Virus record (IMG/VR): IMGVR_UViG_3300027749_000049
Span: 64,005-128,004 of that record
Reading direction: 5' to 3' (one strand)
Source: a virus
DNA length: 64,000 nucleotides
The translations under genes and the position numbers were made by a program. Below, in pieces: positions 57,977 to 64,000 of this stretch. Every line of letters starts with the position of its first letter. Positions within the stretch are counted from its first letter, which is position 1. Under the pieces are notes generated by a model. The model was given only the letters and a program-made list of their open reading frames with translations. It was not told the DNA's origin and ran no database searches.

Positions 57977-58327
57977 ATGATAAACCTCAAGACACTAATA
58001 ATAGGAATGCTATTTGGGCTTATAGCTCAAGTGCTAACATTCTTTCAGCTACAAGGACAAATGCGATATGAGTGGTTTAAAAACCATTATTGGGCAATAG
58101 TGTTAATGGGTATTCCGATATCAATGACATTTATGTATTCAGTAAAAAATATGATAATAGCATTTGATGGTCAAATGTGGCCATCTCGATTAATTGGGTT
58201 CAGCATAGGAGCAATCTCATTTACTTACCTAAGCTATGTTATATTTAATGAGCCTATTACCGCAAAGACATTAGTGTGCTTGGCATTAGCCGTTGCAATA
58301 TTATTAATACAATTATTTTGGAAATAA
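57977..58327 (+). CDS. Small multi-pass membrane protein (DMT-like)
   Basis: Four hydrophobic helices. Confidence 0.65.
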   Translation: MINLKTLIIGMLFGLIAQVLTFFQLQGQMRYEWFKNHYWAIVLMGIPISMTFMYSVKNMIIAFDGQMWPSRLIGFSIGAISFTYLSYVIFNEPITAKTLVCLALAVAILLIQLFWK

Positions 58328-58328
58328 A

Positions 58329-58796
58329 ATGGAAGAAAATAAATTAATTAGAATTTACCTAGACGATGTTAGAACACCAATTGAACAGGATTGGATTGTT
58401 GTTAGAAGTTATCAGGAGTTCAAGGATGCAGTCAATGAAATTGGGCTAAGGAATATTCATATGATCTCGTTAGATCACGACTTAGGCGACTCAGCTATGT
58501 CGGAGTATTTTACAAATGTGAGTCCTAATTATAAATTAGACTATAATAATATTACAGAAAAAACTGGAATGGACTGTACTAAATGGTTAGTTAATAAGTT
58601 TTATGACGAAAATCCAAAACGGCTTGATATGAGTCGTCAAGATAAACGTAATGTACCAATTAAATTTCCAGCAGTTTACGTGCACTCAGCCAATCCAATT
58701 GGTTCAGCTAATATGATGGGTTACTTTAATAATTTCTTTATGAATGAAGGCGAACCTCAAAATTGTGTACGAGTTCAGATACCGCATACCGTTTAA
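58329..58796 (+). CDS. Cyclic-phosphate-processing receiver-like domain protein
   Basis: IYLDDVRTP, ISLDHDLG, TGMDC, HSANPIG. Confidence 0.8.
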   Translation: MEENKLIRIYLDDVRTPIEQDWIVVRSYQEFKDAVNEIGLRNIHMISLDHDLGDSAMSEYFTNVSPNYKLDYNNITEKTGMDCTKWLVNKFYDENPKRLDMSRQDKRNVPIKFPAVYVHSANPIGSANMMGYFNNFFMNEGEPQNCVRVQIPHTV

Positions 58797-58819
58797 TTTG
58801 GTATAATAATTATAAGATT

Positions 58820-58901
58820 GCCCTCTTGTTGGAATTGGTAGACATCAATGACTTAGGATCATTGGCCGTAAGGTGTAAGAGTTCGAGTCTCTTAGAGGGT
58901 A
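58820..58901 (+). tRNA. tRNA-Leu(TAG)
   Basis: GCCCTCT/AGAGGGT, anticodon arm AATGA-CTTAGGA-TCATT, variable arm. Confidence 0.9.
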
Positions 58902-58929
58902 CTACTAGAAATAGTAAACAACAGTTTCT

Positions 58930-59038
58930 AGCCGGGTGGTGGAAACGAGCAAGTGAAAACTTGCCGATGGATAGACACAGGTGCTTAAAATGCTCCCGCG
59001 TAAATGCAGTTACCCGTTCGAATCGGGTCCCGGCTACA
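58930..59038 (+). ncRNA. Degenerate tRNA-Leu(TAA)-like RNA with a hairpin inserted in the D loop
   Basis: AGCCGGG/CCCGGCT-ACA; insert GCAAGT-GAAA-ACTTGC; weak anticodon stem around CTTAAAA. Confidence 0.65.
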
Positions 59039-59195
59039 AAAATAAACTCAACAAATAAAGTCGTGAGTTACTTTAAAATAGCCAATTATAAGCCAACATA
59101 AAGCTGTTGGATACAGACGGAGTAATTACCAGAGTATAGGCACCGATTGTGATATTGTAACAAATACCCTTCTGAGTTGGGTTTGTTTTTAATAT

Positions 59196-59301
59196 AGCCA
59201 GATGGGCGTAATGCGGGATGGTACCCAAGTCCCCAACTCGAAAGAGGTAAGGTTGTCTAATCCGTCTAGTACGGTATCCGGTTCGAGTCCGGCTCTGGCT
59301 T
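59196..59301 (+). ncRNA. tRNA-like RNA with non-canonical core
   Basis: AGCCAGA/TCTGGCT acceptor, T arm CCGG-TTCGAGT-CCGG. Confidence 0.6.
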
Positions 59302-59331
59302 CTAACTGTATTTAATTGGTATAATATAATT

Positions 59332-60036
59332 ATGAAATTATTAGAATATAACGAAGATAACCTCATCACCTATACCGTATACGAAGTTTCTCCAAAAATC
59401 TATGTCGTAGAAGCAGCTGATGATTATGCTAGAGCAATGTTATTTGTTAGAGCTCAAGAATATTATGAGTCCGCGTATTCTGAATTTAGAAAAAAGACCT
59501 TTTGTATTTTTGAATACATGAATAAGTATCGTAAAGAAAGAGGTACTAAGTATTTTGGATATACTAAAGATTGGAGCGGATACAATATTCCAAGCGATTC
59601 TCTTGAAGCCTGTCTTAATGGTTTAACTTCTAATAAAGCTTTGACCACTCCATATGATACTCTTATACATACAATATATACAACAATTCGTAAGCACCAA
59701 CCTCGTGGAAAATTTTATATATTGGGAGTAGACGATATAAAATCACAAGTAATGGATCATGAACTTTCCCATGCACTATTCTATACAAATAAAAAGTATA
59801 AAGCCGAAATGGTAGAAATGGTTTTATCTTTAAAGACGAGTGTATACGAACAATTAGAAGCATACTTATCTCAAATGGGTTATGTTAAGCAGGTTATGGT
59901 TGACGAAATCCATGCATATCTTTCAACTGGCTTGATTGAGCCAATGGACCGGGCTAGAGGTTCAATTGCCGCCTCAAAGAAATTTAAAAAGGTTTTTAAA
60001 GAATACCGAAAAACATTTAATTTAAAACTTGATTGA
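59332..60036 (+). CDS. Hypothetical protein with HExxH motif
   Basis: MDHELSHALF...DEIHAY. Confidence 0.65.
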   Translation: MKLLEYNEDNLITYTVYEVSPKIYVVEAADDYARAMLFVRAQEYYESAYSEFRKKTFCIFEYMNKYRKERGTKYFGYTKDWSGYNIPSDSLEACLNGLTSNKALTTPYDTLIHTIYTTIRKHQPRGKFYILGVDDIKSQVMDHELSHALFYTNKKYKAEMVEMVLSLKTSVYEQLEAYLSQMGYVKQVMVDEIHAYLSTGLIEPMDRARGSIAASKKFKKVFKEYRKTFNLKLD

Positions 60037-60239
60037 TGTATAAATTTGAACTAGTTGATTCCGAAATTAAAAAATTCGAGAAGTGGAAAAAGAAACAGAA
60101 AAAGAAGGACCCATTCATGCCAACTGCCGGTGAAAGATGGACTTTTATGTTTACTCCAACTGGAATTGGTACAGTAGTTGAAGTAAAAGACCAAACTACT
60201 GGAGACGTACTTGACTTAACTGATTGGGACTTATGGTAA
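60033..60239 (+). CDS. Hypothetical phage protein
   Basis: FTPTGIG...LDLTD motif. Confidence 0.7.
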   Translation: MMYKFELVDSEIKKFEKWKKKQKKKDPFMPTAGERWTFMFTPTGIGTVVEVKDQTTGDVLDLTDWDLW

Positions 60240-60550
60240 ATTATGAAACTTGTAACTGTGGTAAAAAAGCAACCTGGCTATATGCGCCTTCAACGGATTC
60301 TACAGAGAATCCTTTTCACTGTGATGATTGCGTTCCTCGCGGTTGTTCTTGTAATAGCTACCATACTGACCCAAACGCTTATCACCCTCCTCTCGAAAAT
60401 CCTGAATTACCGGAAGGCATTGAAAACAAAGATTGGCACTGGCTTAATGAAGAAAAAACTGAATGGTGCCGATTAGATGATGAGGGCCGAGAATATCCAT
60501 GTTGTGAATTTTGGTATGACGAAAATGGCTATGAAATTGAAGAAAAATAA
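60233..60550 (+). CDS. Cys-rich hypothetical protein
   Basis: CNCG...CDDCVPRGCSC...PCCE. Confidence 0.7.
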   Translation: MVNYETCNCGKKATWLYAPSTDSTENPFHCDDCVPRGCSCNSYHTDPNAYHPPLENPELPEGIENKDWHWLNEEKTEWCRLDDEGREYPCCEFWYDENGYEIEEK

Positions 60551-60560
60551 ATTATAGATT

Positions 60561-61247
60561 ATGAGAACTTTAGTAATATCAGATATACACATTGGATCTA
60601 AAGGTTGCAATACTGAAGCAATTACAATGTTATTAAAAACAGAAACATTTGATCGACTGATTTTAGTTGGCGATATTATTGATGGATGGCTCTTTACTAA
60701 ATATAAAAAGTTTTCTCAAGACCATACTAACTTAATAAGAAAATTTCTAAAGATTTCAAAGAGAATGGAAGTTATTTGGATAGCTGGCAATCATGATGAG
60801 TTCCTAAGAAAATATTTACCAGTTGATATTGGTAATATTATAGTAGTTGATGAATGGACCGAAGATGGAATATGGTTTTGTCATGGAGACAAATACGATG
60901 GAATCGTTAAGATGCACTGGTTGGGAATGTTAGGTTCAATTGGCTATGACTTGGCAATTGAACTAGACCGATTTATAAAAAGATTTGGTAAAAAAACAAG
61001 TTTGTCAAAATACTTAAAGGATAATGTAAAGGCAGCTGTTTCATTTATGGTTGATTTTGAAAATGAAATGGTTCGTCAAGCAAAAAAGAGAAATTGCCAT
61101 ACTGTTGTATGCGGTCACATTCATACTCCATCAGATAAAGAAATAGACGGAGTTCGCTACTTAAACACTGGCGACTGGATTGAAAATACTTCATATGTTA
61201 TATATGAGTCAACTAAAAACACTAACTGGCTAACCTTATTTAGATAA
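60561..61247 (+). CDS. LpxH-like metallophosphoesterase
   Basis: ISDIHIG, GDIIDGW, GNHDE, HGD, CGHIH, NTGDWIE. Confidence 0.85.
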   Translation: MRTLVISDIHIGSKGCNTEAITMLLKTETFDRLILVGDIIDGWLFTKYKKFSQDHTNLIRKFLKISKRMEVIWIAGNHDEFLRKYLPVDIGNIIVVDEWTEDGIWFCHGDKYDGIVKMHWLGMLGSIGYDLAIELDRFIKRFGKKTSLSKYLKDNVKAAVSFMVDFENEMVRQAKKRNCHTVVCGHIHTPSDKEIDGVRYLNTGDWIENTSYVIYESTKNTNWLTLFR

Positions 61248-61963
61248 TGATTAATGATTTAACTATTATAATTCCATGCTATAATGAAGAGGCCTATATT
61301 GGTAGAACTCTTAGAGCTATATTAAGACAAAAAGAATGTGCTGGTGTTAAAATAATTATAGCAGATGCTGGCTCAACTGATCAAACTGTTAATATAATTA
61401 ATTCAATAGCTCTAAAATTTAATCTAAATGTTGAAATAATTAAAGGAGGTTTGCCTGCAATTGGCCGAAACGCCGGTGCTCAAATAGCAACTACTCCATT
61501 ATTGCTATTTTTAGATGCTGATATTACATTTACACATAACAGAGTTATTATTGAATCGGTTAATACCCTCCTTGCTGGTAATTATGCAGTACTTGGAACA
61601 ACCCCTAAATATAAAGGAGAATTTGATTTACGAGCAACTTTTATATTTTGGATAAACGGACTAACTACTTGGTATCTTTCTAAAACTAAACCATTTGCAA
61701 TAGGCGGATTTATGTTGATACGCAAATTTATTTTTAATGACCTTGGCGGATTTGACGAGCTTGCCCATCAAAGTGAAGACTGGTTATTAAGTAGAAAAAT
61801 AAAGCCTAATAAATTTAAGCTTATACCTAAACTAATTACACAGGACAATCGCCGATTTAAAAAATATGGATATCTTAATATGATTTGGCTAGTTATTAAA
61901 AATTGGCTGAACCGTAATAATGAATCGCATTTTTATAAAGACCAAAAATATTGGCATAACTAA
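61247..61963 (+). CDS. Glycosyltransferase family 2
   Basis: IIIPCYNEE, DAGSTD, RNAGA, FLDAD, GGFDE, ED. Confidence 0.9.
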   Translation: MINDLTIIIPCYNEEAYIGRTLRAILRQKECAGVKIIIADAGSTDQTVNIINSIALKFNLNVEIIKGGLPAIGRNAGAQIATTPLLLFLDADITFTHNRVIIESVNTLLAGNYAVLGTTPKYKGEFDLRATFIFWINGLTTWYLSKTKPFAIGGFMLIRKFIFNDLGGFDELAHQSEDWLLSRKIKPNKFKLIPKLITQDNRRFKKYGYLNMIWLVIKNWLNRNNESHFYKDQKYWHN

Positions 61964-61965
61964 CT

Positions 61966-63702
61966 ATGAATAAACTCCAAGAGGAATTTGAACAATTTGT
62001 AAAAGGAAAACACCCAGGACTGGAGTTTCGGCCTCAACAGAAAGAGGCAATACTTGATATAATCTCTGCGTATAACGATGATCCTAATGGTATCTACTTA
62101 TTAGATGCCCCAACTGGTTCAGGTAAATCAGTAATTGCAATGGTCTTTGCAGACTTTCTTGCATTTAAGGGCAACCGTGGTTATATTCTTGCATCTGATC
62201 TTTCGCTACATGAACAATACGTAAAGGACTTTCGTAAACTACAGTTATGGAATTGGGGTAATATTAAAGGCGTTGATAATTATAGATGTGTTGTTAATGA
62301 CGAAAAATTTTCAATAGGTGAATGTAAAAGTAAAGGAACTTCATATGAAGCTGCTGAATCATTACCGTGTTTTAAACAATGTGGGTATTTAACATCACGT
62401 AAAAAATCAATTAAATCTCAAGTTGCCCTACTTACTTATCCGTATGCCTTAATTCAAAGAAATTATGTTGAGGATAAACAGCAAGGAAAGGGTAAAGGCT
62501 CTCCATTTCCACAAAGAGATTTTGTAGTTTGCGATGAAGCTCATAAATTATTAGATATTGTACAGAGCCACTTTAGTCCAATTGTATCAAAGGAGATTGT
62601 AAAGAAGGCTGAAAAATTATTGGAAGGACTTGGCGATATTGGCCAAACTGTACCAAAAATAAATCTTGAAAGACTTGAGAAAATAATAGACCGCATTTAT
62701 GCAGATGATGATCAAGCGAATTTACTTAAACTATTAAGAGAAGTTACTAAAGTACTTGGTGAAGTTATGAAAGCCACAAGCCCTCTTAGAGAAAATGCCT
62801 CAACTGAATTTACTGAAGGCAGTGTTCCGCTTGAATGGCTTGCAGTTTTTAACCTAGCTGACTGGTGTAAAGACGTGCACTGTAAACTTGAAGATTATTG
62901 CGAAATTGTTGGAAAGGTTGGGGTTGAAAAACTAATTAAGAACCCTGGAGAAAAAGCCCTGGTTTTTAACTGTATTGACGAGTACTACTTATTAAAGAAA
63001 CACTTCTATACTAAATTTGGGTTTAAGTTATTAATGACTGCCACTATGGGTAATCCTAGTGACTTCATGCGAAATCACGGTATCAAGTCAGCCAAGTACT
63101 TTAAAATAGAGAGCCATTTTAATTGGGAAAAGTCGCCAATCATTTTCTATCCGGGTAAAAAAATGTCAACCCGATTCCTAAGTGATAATATGCAATGGGC
63201 AATTGATACCGTAACCCGAATTGTCCGAGAGCATTCTGAGGACTCTGGGATCATTCATTCTGGTTCCTATGAATTGAATACTAAGATCTGGACAGGGCTT
63301 CCTAAAGACGTTAAGAAACGCATTTTACTCTATAAAGGTTCTGAAGAAAAGGACCAAGCTCTAAAGAAAATGAGCAAAAAGAAAGGGCTTGTATTAATGG
63401 GGCCTTCTATCTTAGAAGGTTTAAATATGGTAGATGACCAGAGCAGATTTCAAATTTTCTTAAAGGTTCCATATCCGCATCTTGGTGATAAGTATGTTGC
63501 TGCTAAACTTGAATATTCACAAGCTTGGTATAACTGGAAAACTTCAATTGCAGTATTACAGGGAGTAGGTCGGTCGATTCGTACGCCAGATGATTGGGCC
63601 ATTACTTATTTACTAGATGGGTGTTTTGCTGATCTTATGAAGTCAGCCGGCGATCAATTTCCACCAGAATTTAAAGCCAGACTGAAAGTAGAATATAAAT
63701 AA
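61966..63702 (+). CDS. DinG/Rad3-like SF2 helicase
   Basis: Q motif RPQQ, APTGSGKS, Fe-S-type Cys cluster, DEAH, QGVGRSIR. Confidence 0.9.
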   Translation: MNKLQEEFEQFVKGKHPGLEFRPQQKEAILDIISAYNDDPNGIYLLDAPTGSGKSVIAMVFADFLAFKGNRGYILASDLSLHEQYVKDFRKLQLWNWGNIKGVDNYRCVVNDEKFSIGECKSKGTSYEAAESLPCFKQCGYLTSRKKSIKSQVALLTYPYALIQRNYVEDKQQGKGKGSPFPQRDFVVCDEAHKLLDIVQSHFSPIVSKEIVKKAEKLLEGLGDIGQTVPKINLERLEKIIDRIYADDDQANLLKLLREVTKVLGEVMKATSPLRENASTEFTEGSVPLEWLAVFNLADWCKDVHCKLEDYCEIVGKVGVEKLIKNPGEKALVFNCIDEYYLLKKHFYTKFGFKLLMTATMGNPSDFMRNHGIKSAKYFKIESHFNWEKSPIIFYPGKKMSTRFLSDNMQWAIDTVTRIVREHSEDSGIIHSGSYELNTKIWTGLPKDVKKRILLYKGSEEKDQALKKMSKKKGLVLMGPSILEGLNMVDDQSRFQIFLKVPYPHLGDKYVAAKLEYSQAWYNWKTSIAVLQGVGRSIRTPDDWAITYLLDGCFADLMKSAGDQFPPEFKARLKVEYK

Positions 63703-63724
63703 CCCTAAATACTAGGGAACTTTG

Positions 63725-64000
63725 ATGTCTATACTTAACTGGGAACTATATCACCAAACTAAAGAAGTTAGTAAAATCTATACTACTTCAATATTTGAAG
63801 CAAAGAAACCTGAAACCTTTGAACAATTTGCAAGTAACCGACTTGCTGGAGCAATTAAGATTGCTGAAACTACAAAAGCAAAAGGCGGGGACTCTCTATT
63901 AACATATCAGCACTATAAAGTTAAGTTACCCTATTACAAAAAGGCTGCAGCTGGTAAATTTAATATCGAAGAGGCCAAATCTGAACTAAAAAAATTACAC
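63725..64000 (+). CDS. Partial late protein, runs off the window
   Basis: ATG at 63725 after TATAAATA (63694); open to the window end. Confidence 0.7.
   Translation, partial: MSILNWELYHQTKEVSKIYTTSIFEAKKPETFEQFASNRLAGAIKIAETTKAKGGDSLLTYQHYKVKLPYYKKAAAGKFNIEEAKSELKKLH

Noticed and set aside
58763-59369. ORFs 58763..59101 and 59073..59369
   Set aside because: Overlap tRNA-Leu and tRNA-like RNAs
1-64000. Bacterial chromosome or prophage junction (smpB, clpP, sigma factors, tRNAs)
   Set aside because: These genes are embedded among phage-type small ORFs and T4-like late promoters, with no housekeeping operons or att boundary

Overview
A gene-dense, AT-rich 64 kb segment of a large (jumbo-type, T4-like in gene logic) dsDNA phage, most likely infecting Bacteroidota: early promoters carry the TAnnTTTG element, leaders are A/C-rich without Shine-Dalgarno sites, and there are two RpoD-like sigma factors. 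No host chromosomal context is visible. Layout: (i) 1-3.3 kb, mostly minus-strand late genes; (ii) a GC-rich strand-switch block at 3.3-3.9 kb; (iii) 4-17 kb, an early region built from about 12 repeated promoter cassettes (TTGTTAATAAC...TATATTTG), with two sigma70 genes and a RadA-like ATPase; (iv) 17.3-19 kb, a second GC-rich block with an IS607-TnpA-like serine recombinase lacking the usual catalytic Ser, a 57-58 nt periodic GTACTCCCTAGTCC array and two G-quadruplex motifs; (v) 19.0-19.6 kb, an array of tRNA-like RNAs with a shared acceptor stem and non-canonical anticodon arms; (vi) 20-64 kb, middle and late genes (SmpB, glycosyltransferases, nucleotidyltransferase, type II topoisomerase, Acb1-like 2H phosphodiesterase, GH19 endolysin, lectin-like virion proteins, ClpP, RNA-repair enzymes, DinG-like helicase) and canonical tRNAs (Ser, Met, Asp, Leu). 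Strongest leads: the strand-polar CTCCCTAGT(CCC) motif beside the apparently inactive TnpA; the tRNA-scaffold array; and about 17 late proteins with a T4-like capsid-targeting N-terminus, seven of which share a second NLxRLxxLGI motif. All family calls come from motif recognition by eye; no database searches were run.
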